Origin: Octopus sinensis
Lineage: Eukaryota
Direction of reading: 5' to 3'
NCBI RefSeq assembly: GCF_006345805.1
Contig: NC_042998.1
Location: 152,706,001-152,770,000, forward strand
DNA: 64,000 nt
The notes below the pieces were generated by a model. The model saw nothing but the letters and a program-made list of their open reading frames with translations, ran no database searches and was not told the DNA's origin. This document shows, piece after piece, positions 24,993 to 39,520 of the stretch. The translations under genes and the position numbers were made by a program. Within the stretch, counting starts at the first letter, position 1, and every line of letters starts with the position of its first letter.

Positions 24993-27900
24993 TATCAGAC
25001 TGCCAGAAGGGAAGCCAGGAGACAGGTCTATCTAGCCAGAGGGGAAGGAGATAAAGAAAATTTGCCAATGTCCTGCGCGTGAGGATGAAAGATTTGAGGT
25101 ATTTCGTGTTGCAAGACAGTGTGTGAGAGAGAATCGAGATGTGGTAGGAGAGAAATGTGTTCGCATAGAGGATGGTCCACTTGCGCTAAATGAGGATGCA
25201 AAGAGAGAAGCTTGGAGACGCCACTATGAAAGGTTGCTGAATGAGGAAAATGAATGGGATAAAGAGAGTCTGCCGAATGTTGACCCAACAGAGGGACCAG
25301 CTATCCGAGTTGATAGTTCCGTGGTAGCTAAGGCAATTAGAAGCATGAAGACAGGGAAAGCCCCAGGCCCATCAGGAATTACTGCAGAGATGCTCAAAAT
25401 ATCTGTAGTGTCGGCTATAGCATAGTCACCCGTATAGTTAACCAGGTGATACACGAAGGAGTCATACCCAATGACTGGTGTAGCAGCATAATAGTCAACT
25501 GCTACAAAGGTAAAGGCGATGCCCTAGATACAAATAACTACAGGGGCATCAAGCTGTTGGATCAGGTAATGAAGGTTACGGAGAGGGTTATAGCCCAGTT
25601 AATTAGAGAGAGAGTTAGCTTAGATGATATGCAGTTTGGGTTCGTGCCAGGGAAAAGTACTACTGATGCTATATTCCTGGTAAGACAGCTGCAGGAGAGA
25701 AATACCTAGCCAAAGGTAAGCCCTTGTACCTGGCTTTTGTTGACTTAGAGAAAGCCTTTGACAGGGTCCCCCGATCCCTTATCTGGTGGTCAATGAGGAA
25801 ACTAGGGATAGATGAATGGTTAGTGAGAGCTGTGCGAGCCATGTACAGAGATGCAGCTAGTAAGGTGAGGGTTGGCAACGAGTACAGTGAAGAATTCCGG
25901 GTAGAGGTTGGGGTCCGCCAAGGTTCAGTCCTCAGCCCCCTCCTATTTATCATAGTCCTCCAGGCAATAACGGAAGAATTTAAGACAGGATGCCCCTGGA
26001 GCTCCTCTATGCTGATGACCTTGCTCTAATTGCTGAGTCACTATCAGAACTGGAGGAGAAGTTCAGGTGTGGAAACAAGGATTAGAATCGAAGGGCCTTA
26101 GAATCAACCTAGCCAAAACCAAAGTCCTAATAAGTAGGAAGGTGGACCAACCACAAACGACTTCAGGTAGATGGCCCTGCTCGATCTGTAAAAAAGGTGT
26201 AGGTAGAAACTCTATAAGGTGCACCAAGTGTAAGCTATGGACACATAAGAGGTGCAGCAATGTCAAAGGAAGGCAAACTAAGAAAATAGTTTTTTGTCTG
26301 TGGCAGATGCTCAAGAGAAATAAACACTGGAAATGTGCAGAGAGACCCAACTTCTACACGTTCCAGGAGACAAACTGGAAGTAGTTGATAGCTTCCGCTA
26401 CCTAGGAGACCAAGTCAGTAGCAGGGGTGGGTGTGCTGAAAGTGTAACTGCTAGAGTAAGAATAGCCTGGGCAAAGTTTAGAGAGCTCCTACCCCTGCTG
26501 GTGACAAAGGCCTTCTTGTGACACTTGTGAAGACCTGCTGAGGCAAGTGAAAATCAATCAAAATAGATGAACATCAATGGAATTTGCATCTTTGTGGTAC
26601 CAGTGCCGGTGGCACACAAGAGAAAACCATCCGAAAGTGGCCGTAGCCAGTACCGCATCGACTGGCCTCCGTGCTGTGGGCACATGACAAACACCATCCG
26701 ATCGTGGCCGTTCGCCAGCCTCATCTAGCACCTGTGTCGGTGGCACATAAAAACACACATCCGAAGACCCGGCAAGACTAGTCAGGCCATAACCCATGGC
26801 CCCTACCTGGGACGTAGTCAGTCCACCTGTGCATACCTTCCTTCTTGTGACACTTGTGAAGACCTGTTGAGGCAAGTGAAAATCAAAATCAAAATCAAAA
26901 CAAATCAAAATAGATGAACATCAATGGAATCTGTATCTTTGTGTACCAGTGCCGTTGCACACACTTTGTGGTACCAGTGCCGGTGGCACACAAGAGAACC
27001 ATCCGAACGTGGCCGTGCCAGTTCCGCATCGACCGCCTCCGTGCTGTGGGCACGTAACAAACAACAATCCGATCATGGCCGTTCGCCAGCCTCATCTGGC
27101 ACCTGTGTCGGTGGCACATAAAAACACCTTCCGAAGACCCGGCAAGACTAGTCAGTCCACCTGTGTCATACCTTCCTCTGTGAAACCTGTGAAGACCGTT
27201 GAGGCAAGTGAAAATCAAAATCAAATCAAATCAAATCAAAATAGACAAATAGATGAACATCATGGAATTTGTATCTTGTGGTACCAGTGCCTGTGGCACA
27301 CAAGAAATCCTTCAGTGCTGTAGTCCAGTGCGGTGGGCACATGACAAACCCATCCTATCGTGGCCGTTCGCCAGCCTCATCTAGCACCTGTGTCGGTGGC
27401 ACATAAAAACACCATCCGAAGACCCGGCAAGACTAGTCAGGCCATAACCCATGCCCCTACCTGGGACGTAGTCAGTCCACCTGTGCATACCTTCCTTCTT
27501 GTGACACTTGTGAAGACCTGTTGAGGCAAGTGAAAATCAAAATCAAAACAAATCAAATAATGAACATCAATGGAATTTGTATCCTTGTGGTACCAGTGCC
27601 GGTGGCACGTGGCACACAAGAAAACCATCCGAACGTGGCCGTAGCCAGTACCCCGCATCGACTGGCCTCCGTGCTGTGGGCACGTAACAAACACCATCCG
27701 ATCGTGGCCGTTTTGCCAGCCTCATCTGGCACCTGTGTCGGTGGCACATAAAAACACCATCCGAGCGTGGCCGTCTGCCACCTCGTCTGGCACCTGTTGT
27801 CGGTGGCACATAAAAAACCCATCCGAGCGTGGCCGTTTGCCAGCCTCGTCGGCACCGGTGTCGGTGGCACATAAATCACCCACTACACTCTCGGAGTGGT

Positions 27901-28050
27901 TGGCGTTAGGAAGGGCATCCAGCTGTAAAACACTGCAGATCTGACTGGACTGGTGCAGCTTTCGGGCTCCCCAGACCCCAGTTGAACCGTCCAACCCATG
28001 CTAGCATGGAAGCGGACGTTAAATGATGATGATGATGATGATGATGATGA
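24993..28050 (+). mobile_element. RTE LINE, 5' truncated and frameshifted, with 3'-UTR tandem array (26515-27880) and (GAT)n tail
   Basis: ORFs 25123-26521 give KAPGPSG, NYRGIKLL, QFGFVPGKSTTDA, AFVDLEKAFDRVP and QGSVLSPLLF; four UTR units start near 26565, 26912, 27251 and 27559. Confidence 0.92.
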
Positions 28051-28106
28051 TATATATATAATAATGTATGTATATATATATAATGTTTATATATATATAT
28101 ATGTAG

Positions 28107-28139
<33 letters not shown>

Positions 28140-28256
28140 GTATGTATATATATATGTATATATATATAATTATATATGTATATGTATATATATATATATG
28201 TATATATATATATGTATGTATCTATATATATGTATATATATATATATATATGTATG

Positions 28257-28289
<33 letters not shown>

Positions 28290-28389
28290 GTATGTTATAT
28301 ATAGAGTATGTAATTATATATATAATTATGTATATGTATATATATATATATGTATATGTATCATATGTATGTATATATATATATGTATG

Positions 28390-28423
<34 letters not shown>

Positions 28424-28506
28424 AAGATGTATATATATATATATGTATGTATATATATATATATATGTATATAATATATATGTATGTATATATATATGTA
28501 TATATA

Positions 28507-28891
28507 TCTCTCTATATATAAACGCAGTTTTGTCTGTGCGTGTTTTTGTGTGTCTGTTTGCTTGTACCCTCATCCTGACCACGGCTTTCAACCGATTCTG
28601 ATGAAACTTGACACACACATAGCCCAATGTCATAATTCAACTAACCTACGCACCAAAAATTTTGAAAAGTTCCCCCAGTTCTGAAAAAACGATAAATTCG
28701 ACATGGGGTCAAGAATCAGAAACACGAACCACAAACTGTCTAGGGGACGCAACTCAACTTTTTTAATTAAACTCAAAAAAAATTTACCATAGTTTTTTCC
28801 ATTTTTTTTCTATTTTTTGGCTATAACTCTCTACAATGCTTTATAGTTATTTCCCTTACAAACCTGAGCAAACGCCGGGCGATACTGCTAG
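28507..28891 (+). mobile_element. Short non-autonomous Helitron
   Basis: Starts TC, ends hairpin-like cctgagcaaacgccggg then ctgCTAG followed by T. It shares its 5' ~200 bp and 3' end with the 30538-33590 element. Confidence 0.8.
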
Positions 28892-28974
28892 TATATTATA
28901 TATATGTATATATATATGTATGTATGTTATATATATATATTGTATGTATATATAAATATGTATGTATAATAATG

Positions 28975-29005
<31 letters not shown>

Positions 29006-29061
29006 GTAATATATATATAATATATAATATGTGTGTGTGTGTGTATATATATATATATGTG

Positions 29062-29110
<49 letters not shown>

Positions 29111-29167
29111 GTGTATATGTGTGTGTGTGTATATATTATATATATATAATATGTGTGTGTATATATA

Positions 29168-29208
<41 letters not shown>

Positions 29209-29574
29209 ATATATATATATATATGTATGTATATATATATATATAATATGTGTGTATATATAATATATATATATATATATTATATGTATGTATATATATA
29301 ATATGTATATCTATATATATATACATATATATATATATATGTATGTATATATATTATATGTATGTATATATATATATATATGTATATATTCTATAATATA
29401 TTATATGTATTGATATATATATCTATTATATATATATATAATATATATATATATATGTATGTATAATATATAATGTATATATATATATATATGTATGTAT
29501 ATTATATATATATATATATATGTATATAATATATATGTATATTTATATATGTATATATATTTTATATATATATA

Positions 29575-29609
<35 letters not shown>

Positions 29610-29707
29610 TTATATATATATATATATGTATGTATATATATATATATATATGTATGTATATATATATATATATATATATCATATATATATATATATATAT
29701 ATAGATC

Positions 29708-29739
<32 letters not shown>

Positions 29740-29743
<4 letters not shown>

Positions 29744-30385
29744 TTTACTTTTTTCAGTTACTTGACTGTGCAGGGCAGTGAGCTGGCAGAAACATTAGCA
29801 TATCGGGCGAACTGCTTAACAGTATTTCGTCTGTCTCTACTTTCTGAGTTCACATTCCACCGAAGTTGACATTGCCTTTCATCATTGCGCAGTTGATAAA
29901 TAAAGTATCAGTTGTGTACTGGGGTCAATATAATCGACTGGTCCCCTTCCACAAAATTTCGGGCCTTGAGCCTAGAGTAGATAAGTTATATGACTGTGGC
30001 CATGCTGGAGCATTACCTTTAGTTGAACAAATCGACCCTAGGACTTATTCTTTGTAAGCTTAGTACTTATTCTATTGGTCGCTTTTTGCCAAACAGTCAA
30101 GTGACAGTGAGGTAAATACACCAACATCGGTTGCCAAGTGATGGTGAGGGGACAAACACACACACAAATAACAAATACATACATACATATATAAATACAT
30201 ATATATGTATATATACACAATAGACTTCTTTCATTTTCCTCAACCAAGTCCACTGAGAGGGCTTTGATTGGCCCAAAGATGTAGTAAAAGACACTTGCCC
30301 TGGGAGCCATGCAGTGGTATTGAACCCAGAACCATGTGGATGGGAAGCAAGCTTCTTACCACACACCCACTCCTGTGCCTATATG
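29740..30385 (-). mobile_element. Type 1 SINE carrying a nested type 2 SINE (29771-29990, plus strand)
   Basis: 8-bp duplication tgactgtg at 29763-29770 and 29991-29998 flanks the inserted SINE. Confidence 0.85.
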
Positions 30386-30537
30386 TATGATATATATATA
30401 TATATATATATATTTCTACGCACAAAAAATACATACATGTATAAATATATATATATATCTACGCATAAAAAATATATACATGTATAAATATATGTGTATA
30501 TATAAATATATATATGTATATATTATATATATGTATA

Positions 30538-33500
30538 CTAGCAGCATAGCCCAGCGTTGCCCGGGTATGTAAGAGCCCCTAGTAGGCAACGACTAATCCC
30601 AATCTAGTCCTTTCCCTCTAGGGAACGAAGGCGCATGTGTAGGTTGCAATGTCTTCTCTTCACTCCAATACTTTTATGTATAGCAGCCTTTCTGATTCCA
30701 TTTTGGCGGCCATGTCGATGGCGAACTTGTTGAATAGCTGACGACAACGGGGCAATAAGTTGAACTCACCCTCCCTGACCATGAACCGGTATGAGTAGAA
30801 TGCCCTGCAGGAAACCGTCTTTGATGCGGCAGTAGTTTGATTGGAGGGCTGCCGTAAAGGAATTCCAAAGTGGTAGCCGTCTTCCCCATAAGGGAAAAGC
30901 AATCGATACTGAAGTGCGTCAGATCTGTGAGTCTCGCTGATCCTGCATAGGCCGTTACCACGGGACGAGATGATTATGTCACGGCTGTTGTGTTGCTCTC
31001 CATGTATGACTGCGGCAATTTCGTTGCATGCAGGTGCGTTGAAACGGCATTCATGCTCCTTGTGGGGTCGTTTATCAGCATCAATGACAACGGTGAAGTC
31101 TGGAGAGGGAGCACTGTCCAAGGCATACATACCAGAAGCTGCGGACGTAGCTGTTGATATCATGAAGCATGGTTTGGAGACGGAGAAGAACCTCTCTGCG
31201 GGGAACATAGCATGTACCCGATATTATTCCAAGGCGTGCATCAACCTGCTGGTTGTAGTCGGCAATGAAGTAGATTTGGAGGAAAGAATCTCGTCTGGCA
31301 GAAGTGACCCAATAAGATGGTAGACCTGTCCCTTCACTTTGAAAGTAGGCATCCAGCCTTCTCTAGGAAGAATTTTGGCCCCGAAAGAGGTCATTTGGAA
31401 TGAGCAGTTGTACATTCGAATGATTTCAAGGAATTGTGACGATTCGAGGGTTAAACCCGCTGCGAGATCCTTCAGCGGTTGAGGTGGTTCCCGTAGGGGT
31501 GGCAGGTCCACTTTGCCACCAGAGCAGCACAAACCAGGTGGCTCTCTAGGCCATTTCTTGGCTTTGCAAAACTGGCATACAATTGTCATTGACCCTTTCT
31601 TGATGCACGCAAGGAGAAGTTAATTATGGCGTCATAGTTGAATGCCAGTGATGACCAGAGGCGGGGGCAGGGGTACGTACACCACAAATGATATCCCGAC
31701 GTTGGTTGATACTCTCAAGTTGAGTGCGCCGTGCCTCAGCAGATTGAGATGCGCGTGCGACAGCGGTAGCAGTGGCATCCCTTGAAAGCCTTTCAGCTAT
31801 CGCCTCAGCACCCTCTGAAGCCCTAGCAGAAGCAGTGTTAATGGCATCTCTGGATGTCCAAATAGTTCGTTGGTCTGGAGTTTTGGCAGATCGAGCCATG
31901 GCTGTGTTTGCGGCGTTAGCAGCTTGGTGAGCTCTCCTCTGTTGAGATGTTTCGGCAGATCGGGCCATGGCTGTGTTTGCGGAATCAGCAGCTTGGCGAG
32001 TTCTCCTCTGCTGTGAGGTTTCGACAGATCGTGACCTGGCGGTGCTAGCAGCGTTAGCCGAATTCCGAATGGCCCTTTGTTCGGGGTTCTCGCGAGCTCT
32101 GCGGATGGAAGCACAGGAAGAAGCCCGCATGTTTTGGCTGGACTGTTGCTCTTTCGTCAACCTCGAGTGGAGGGAAGATCTGTATGCTGCGGCCCTTGCA
32201 AGTCGGGTAGAACGGTCGCTAGTAGTTTCAGATGCCTGAGCAGTGGCAGAACGGGAAGCTTTTTGCGAGAGGCGCAAGGTGGTTTCCTCGTGGGTCTCGC
32301 GTGCCCTTCTAGCCCTAGCAGCTGATGCCTTGGCCGTCCGAAGGCTGAGGAGGGTCCTTCTCTTCTTGGGTGGCATTTTGGTGGATAGCAATGTGTTTGG
32401 CAAAGGTGTAATAAAAAGGAACACATGGGGTAAGTATCCCAAAATATATAAAAATGTACAAAAATGGCAAAAATGCGGGCAGCAATGTGAGTGACAACAA
32501 CGACAAAGTCAAAAGTGACCAAACTGAACAAACGAATGGAAAAGGTTTTTTGGTGCACACGACAAAAGTGGCTTATAATAAACCAAGAGTTTGCAAGTAG
32601 CGTCCGAGGACTCTTAGAGTACGTCAAAAATTTAAGGTAAAACGTTTGGGGTGGTAGTTATAAAGAAAGTTTAAACAAATAAAGGATTCAAATAACTTGT
32701 GGGTGCAGCAGCAATTAGCAGAAGTATGCCAAGGTTATGTTGTCTGGTCATGTTTTGTCTCGTTGACTGCTTAAAGTGGCGGCGTTGGGGGTAAAGTCTC
32801 GAATGTAATTTCTTCCTGGTAGGAATTGGTTTCACCAAAACTTAGGTTAGTCTGGAGGTTTCGATGTAATCTTTGGTTTGTATGTGGGAATACCTTGAAG
32901 ATTAAGTCTAGATTTCCTCCTGGTTTGAATTATCATAGCTGTTTTTGATAGTTATTTGGGGGAGTAAGAGAGTTAAAGAAGGTCGAGTTGCGTCCCCTAG
33001 ACAGTCTGTGGTTTGCGTTTAATACACAAATCGGTTTGCTATGTGTGCCACATATGATTTAATTAACCGATTTTTTCCAGTAATAAAGTATCCTATTACA
33101 ATAAAAAGGGCCATATAGCTCCTTGGAGCAGACATAATGCTCGCTGTGAATTTAAAAAAAAATTCCTGCCAATTTCTTAAAGATATTATCGAAAATATGT
33201 CATCTTGAATTTGAACGCGATTTCCCAAAATGGCATGATTTTATCGATTTTTTCTGATGGTAAGGTATTGCATGGAAAACTAACGTCAGAATCAAGTTTC
33301 TTAGGATAACATTAAGCTTCACCATGAGTTTGGTGAAAATCGATTGCAAGTTGCGAAAACTAATACAGAAAATGTGTTGCATATGAAAAGTTTAGATTCT
33401 CGAACCAATGTCAAATTTATCAATTTTTTTCAGAACTGGGGGAACTTTTCAAAATTTTCACTGTATTAGTTTTGCATTATGACATTAGGCTATGTGTGTG

Positions 33501-33590
33501 TCAAGTTTCATCAGAATTGGTTGAAAGCTGTGGTTCAGGTGAGGTACAACCTGACAGACACACAGACAGACAAACTGCCTTTTATATAGA
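30538..33590 (-). mobile_element. Helitron deletion derivative (A|TC...CTAG|T) with N-terminal part of RepHel only
   Basis: 5' TC at 33590; 3' cccgggcaacgctggg...ctgCTAG at 30538. ORFs: MPPKKRR...ETSQQRR repeats (31624-32442), CQFCKAKKWPREPPGLCCSGGKV...YNCSFQMTSFG...GQVYHLIGSL (31224-31589), DALQYRLLFPYGEDGY (30660-31208). No helicase domain seen. Confidence 0.9.
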
Positions 33591-33613
33591 TAATAATAAT
33601 AATATTATATATA

Positions 33614-33659
<46 letters not shown>

Positions 33660-33814
33660 CATACATATATATAATATATACATATATATATATGTGTGTT
33701 ATATATCATTTATACATGTCTATATTTTTTATGCGTAGATATATATATATATATAATTTATACATGTATATATTTTTTTGTGCGTAGATATATATATATA
33801 TATATATCATACAT

Positions 33815-33985
33815 ATAGGCACAGGAGTGCGCGTGTGGTAAGAAGCTTGCTTCCCATCCACATGGTTCTGGGTTCAATACCACTGCATGGCTCCCAGGGC
33901 AAGTGTCTTTTACTACATCTTTGGGCCAATCAAAGCCCTCTGAGTGGAATTGGTTGACGGAAACTGAAAGAAGTCTATTGTGTAC
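33815..33985 (+). mobile_element. Type 1 SINE 5' portion
   Basis: aggcacaggagtgcgcgtgtggtaagaagcttgc...gggttcaatacc...gggcaagtgtctttt. Confidence 0.8.
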
Positions 33986-34033
33986 ATATATATATATCCT
34001 CATAACGTCTGTTTTCAATGCCAGCATGATACG

Positions 34034-34068
<35 letters not shown>

Positions 34069-34741
34069 ATATGTGTGTGTGTGTGTATTATATATATATT
34101 ATATATATATATGATGTATATATTATATATATAATATATGTATATATATATTACATATATGCATATATATATTACATATATGCATATATATATATTGTAT
34201 ATATGTATATGTATTTATATATATATATAATATATATTGTATATAGGTATATGTATTTATATATTATATATTATATTGTATATATGTATTGTATTTATAT
34301 ATATATATATATTGTATATATGTATATGTATTTATATATATATATAATATATATATTGTATATATGTATATGTATTTATATATATGTATATGTATTTACA
34401 GTTATATAATATTATATATATATATTATGAATCAAAAATGGAGTTAACGCAGGTTTAAACAAGTATTTTTACTTTCTGCATATGTTAAAAAATTCCACTG
34501 ATACTTATTCAAAAGAATAAAGGTATAAACAATGCAATCTTCTCTTCGGGAAAGTGAGAAAACGAAACTCGTCAATACGAATTTTAGCAAAAAATGATGG
34601 ATTCGTATAGCGATAGACAGAACACTATTAATATCGTTTAAAAAAAACGTTATATGATATAACGTCATAAGTAGCTAACAGAAAGAGTAGGGATATTAAT
34701 AGTGAATGTTAATTGTTAACAAGGTAAAATACACTCATCTA

Positions 34742-34787
<46 letters not shown>

Positions 34788-34799
34788 TATATATACTAT

Positions 34800-34940
34800 A
34801 TCATCATCATCTCGTTTACCCTCCGCTTTCCATGCTGGCATGGGCTGGACAGTTCAACTGGGGTCTGGGAAGCCAGAAGGCTGCTCCTGGCCCAGTCTGA
34901 TCTGGGAATGTTGGAATGTTTCTACGGCTGGATGTTCTAT
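34800..34940 (-). mobile_element. Short RTE-tail-derived element
   Basis: Reverse complement of the 40631 and 40812 units, with the same 5' boundary tatagaacatccagc. Confidence 0.75.
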
Positions 34941-34944
34941 ATAT

Positions 34945-37900
34945 ATCTCTCTCCGCATCGATCACCCCTCCAACTCTCTCACCACCACTGCCTTCTTTAA
35001 ACCTACGGATTCCCACCTCTATCTCAACTTCTCTTCCTCCCACCCCTTCCACACCAAACGAGCCATCCCCTACTCCCAGTTACTCCGCCTCCGACGTTTG
35101 TGCAGCCGCGACCAGGATTTCGAGACCCAATCTCAATACCTGGCCCCGATGTTCAGACTCCGAGGTTACCCACCCATACTCCTCTCTGATGCCCCACCCG
35201 CACCCGTCGCATCGACTGCACCACCGCCCTGTCTCCTTCCCCCCGCACCCACCCCCCAACCGCACCCCCTTCCCCCTCTTTTCCACCCCTCTACCCTACC
35301 CCTCGTCGCAAGATACTACGTGCCTTCCGTCACCTCCAGCTTGATCCCACCACCCGCCCCATTTTCCCAACCCACCCCTGTCCTCCTTCAAACGAGCCGC
35401 AATCTGCGTGACCTCCTGGTCCACAGCACCCTCTCTCCTTCCCCCTCAGCCCCACATGGATCATTCCCTTGCTCTAGATCCCGCTGCAACACTTGCCCTT
35501 CATCACCAACACCACCGCTGTCACGGCTCCAACCAGCATACTGTACGCATTAGGCACTCTTTTACGTGCAACCTCGTCTGGCCTTATTTACGGCATTAAA
35601 TGCAAACTATGCGGGATGCTGTATGTAGGACAGACAGGACGCGGTTGTCCGACCGATTCACAGAACATTTGAGGGACGTTCGCCTACACTCCTTTTCTCC
35701 CGTCGCACGCCACTTCCGCTCGGCCGGCCATTCCCTAGATGACATCAGTGTTTGGTCTCGCCCCCCACAATGGTCGCCCACTTTCCAGGCTCCACTTGGA
35801 GCAACGCTACATCTTCACCCTACAAAGACTATACCCACACGGACTTAACACAGCCCCCTCCTCCTGAGGTCCTCTTCTTTTTTTTTTTGTTTCCCGGATA
35901 CACCACCCACACACACACACCTACCTACCTCCCACACGCCTGTTCACACACACACATACGTAGACACATCTACGTACATACATTCACACATTTAATCACA
36001 CACACTAACTTACAAACCAACATGCACATACACACACACATACATACATACTTACACACACACACACACACAGACATACATACACACATACATATGCACA
36101 TACATACACACACACTCACACACACACACACCGCCCGTACATACTTCACACACACACTCATGCACACATACATGTAGGCACACACACATACATACATACC
36201 CACACTGCACACCCTTACACTGAATGCACACAGACATACACCTTTTTGCATCCAGGCATCCCCCCCTCTTTTCTGCTTTCTGGTTTTGGCTGTTGGATCC
36301 TCGGTTCCCGCGTAGCGGGTCGTTCGAGGGCCTTTGCGCTTGCACGCTGGGGGCTTGGTCGGCCCCATGGGCTTGCGTTGTATTGCTTGTGTGTTGTGTG
36401 CGTGAGAGCGCTTCGTGTGTGTGGGCTTGCTTCGGGTGTGCGCGTGCGTATGTATACTTACATACCCACACACTCGCATGCATCCCTACCCACATACATA
36501 CACGCACACCTACTCACACACACACATACACACACACGCACAGACATACATACACACACATACCTACTTCAGACATACACACACAGACATACACCCATAC
36601 ACTCACACGCATACACACACACACACATACACAGCCATACCCTCACTCAGACACACACACCTACCTACACACACACACAAACACACACCCATACATACAT
36701 CTACACACACACGCCTACACACATACATACACACATACATAAACACACACACATACACACACATACGCACACACACATATACTTATACACATGCACACAC
36801 ACACATACATACATACACCCATACACATACACATACCTACATACTCCTATACGCACATACATACACACAGACATACACACTCACACACACATACTTACAC
36901 ACACACTCGCCTGCACGCGCACACACATGCATGACAAACACCCATACACGCATCAATACGCACACACAAAAACACGCACACGCACACACACACCTACACT
37001 CCCACACACATACATACGCACCTACATACACACACGCACGCATACACACTTACATTACACACGTACACACACACCTACATACACACACACACACAAACAT
37101 GCACGGACACACCCAGACATACATACATACACCTATACACACACGCCCACACACCTACATACACACACATACACGGACACACCCATACATACTTACATAC
37201 ATACACCTATACACACACGCCTACACACCTACATACACACACATGTACGCACATACACACACATATACGCACATACATATATACCCACACACATGCACAC
37301 ACACACACATACGCACATGCATGCATGCATGCACACGCGCACACCTACACGCATACACACACACACACGCACGTACACATACATACATACACACACACAT
37401 ACACCCATACACATACATGCATCCTACACACACATACATACACACACACACACTCACTCACACACCTGTATGTACGCGCACACACATGCACATACACACT
37501 TCCACACACCCACACGTACATACATACACACTCATACACATACACACACACACACACACACGGACATACATCTATGCACACACACAATATACACTCATAC
37601 TTACATTACATTATTGGGACCACACTGACACCCAGACATACACACAGGACACCTTACACATCCACACACATACATACTTACAAACACTCGCAGGCGCGGC
37701 GCACACACGCGCTTGCGCCGGTTCGCGCATGCATACGCGCTGCATGCACCTCGTCTTGGACCCGACGAGACCTCCCGCTCGTTTCTGGGGTCGGCCTGTC
37801 GTTGGGTTCTCCCACGCCCGTCTCCGCGGGACCACTCTTCCATCTTCCCCTCACTTGGAGTCCTTTTTCCTTATAACCCCCCTTTTTTTGTTACACACAC

Positions 37901-38545
37901 GCGCACACATACACCCACTCACACACACACATTGCTTAAATATATACATTACTCTTACACACACTTCAAATCTACTCGCCATTAATACAACCACGACACT
38001 GGACACACACACACTGCTACTCAACAGGCTGGCACGTTACATACGCCCCCACCCCTTCCCCTCCCTCCCTTCCTCCTTCCTTCATTTTCTTACTACTGAC
38101 CACTGTCTGCTGCCTACTACTGTTCGCCCTACCTCACACGCCTACACACAGACGCACACACTAACATATACATATATTTTTGTTTTTTTATCTCGCCTCA
38201 CACACACATACACACACGCACACGCACACACTCACACATACACACACATCTGTTGCGTTACCAACCCTGTCTCCACTCTTTTGGCTTTAAAAACCTACTT
38301 TGCTCTTGTTATCGTAAACTTCCGCCTTTCACCATGTGTACTTCGTAAACACCAGTCGTTTTTTTTTCTCCATCTCTTGTTGCCCACTTTGGGATCTTTC
38401 TTTCCTCTCTCTTCCTTCTTTATGTTTCCGACGAAGAGCTCCGCTCGAAACGTCATACCTTCATGCTTCCATCTTTCCTGAGCGCCTATTAATAATAATA
38501 CTGTAATTGTTCCACGTGTTGTTGTTTTTTCTGTTTTCCCGTTTG
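34945..38545 (+). mobile_element. Penelope-like element, 5' truncated (RT thumb + GIY-YIG remnant, ~2.4-kb CA-rich tract, terminal repeat)
   Basis: DSHLYLNFSSSHPFHTKRAIPYSQLLRLRRLCS (ORF 34840-35553) matches the 47444-48514 element; terminal repeat at 38290-38545. Confidence 0.85.
38423..38459 (+). ncRNA. Minimal HHR motif with CCGACGA core (U4C)
   Basis: UGUUU CCGACGA A GAGC UCC GCUC GAAAC GUC AUACC; helix I poorly paired. Confidence 0.5.
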
Positions 38546-38591
38546 GATTAAAATTATATATATATATATATATGTATGATATATATATATG

Positions 38592-38632
<41 letters not shown>

Positions 38633-38688
38633 ATTATATATATATATATATGTATATGTATATATACATAATATATATATATATATGA

Positions 38689-38721
<33 letters not shown>

Positions 38722-38833
38722 GATATACATATATATATATACATTATATATATATATGTATATATACATATATATATATACAATATATATATATGTTATA
38801 TATACATATAATATATATATATATGTATATTAC

Positions 38834-38877
<44 letters not shown>

Positions 38878-38903
38878 ATAATATATATACATATATTATA
38901 CAC

Positions 38904-38948
<45 letters not shown>

Positions 38949-39172
38949 CATATATATATACATATATATATACATATATATATACATATATATTATTACA
39001 TATATATATACATATATATATACATATATATATTACATATATATATACATTATATATACATATATATATACATATATATATATATACATTATATACATAT
39101 ACATATATAATACATATATATATACATATATATACATATCTATATATACATATATAATACATATATATATAC

Positions 39173-39211
<39 letters not shown>

Positions 39212-39433
39212 CATATATATACATATACATATATATATACATATAATATATATATATATACTACATATATATATACATATATATATACATATAATAACAT
39301 ATATATATACATATATATATACATTATATATATACATACTATATATATACATATATACCATATACATAATATATACATTATAATATACATATATAATATA
39401 TATATCTACATATATATATACATATATATATAC

Positions 39434-39465
<32 letters not shown>

Positions 39466-39520
39466 TATATACATATATATACATATACATATATATATAC
39501 ATATATAATATACATATATA

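Noticed and set aside
21411-27880. CRISPR-like regular repeats
   Set aside because: Eukaryotic context, no unique spacers and no cas genes; these are RTE 3'-UTR tandem sub-repeats.
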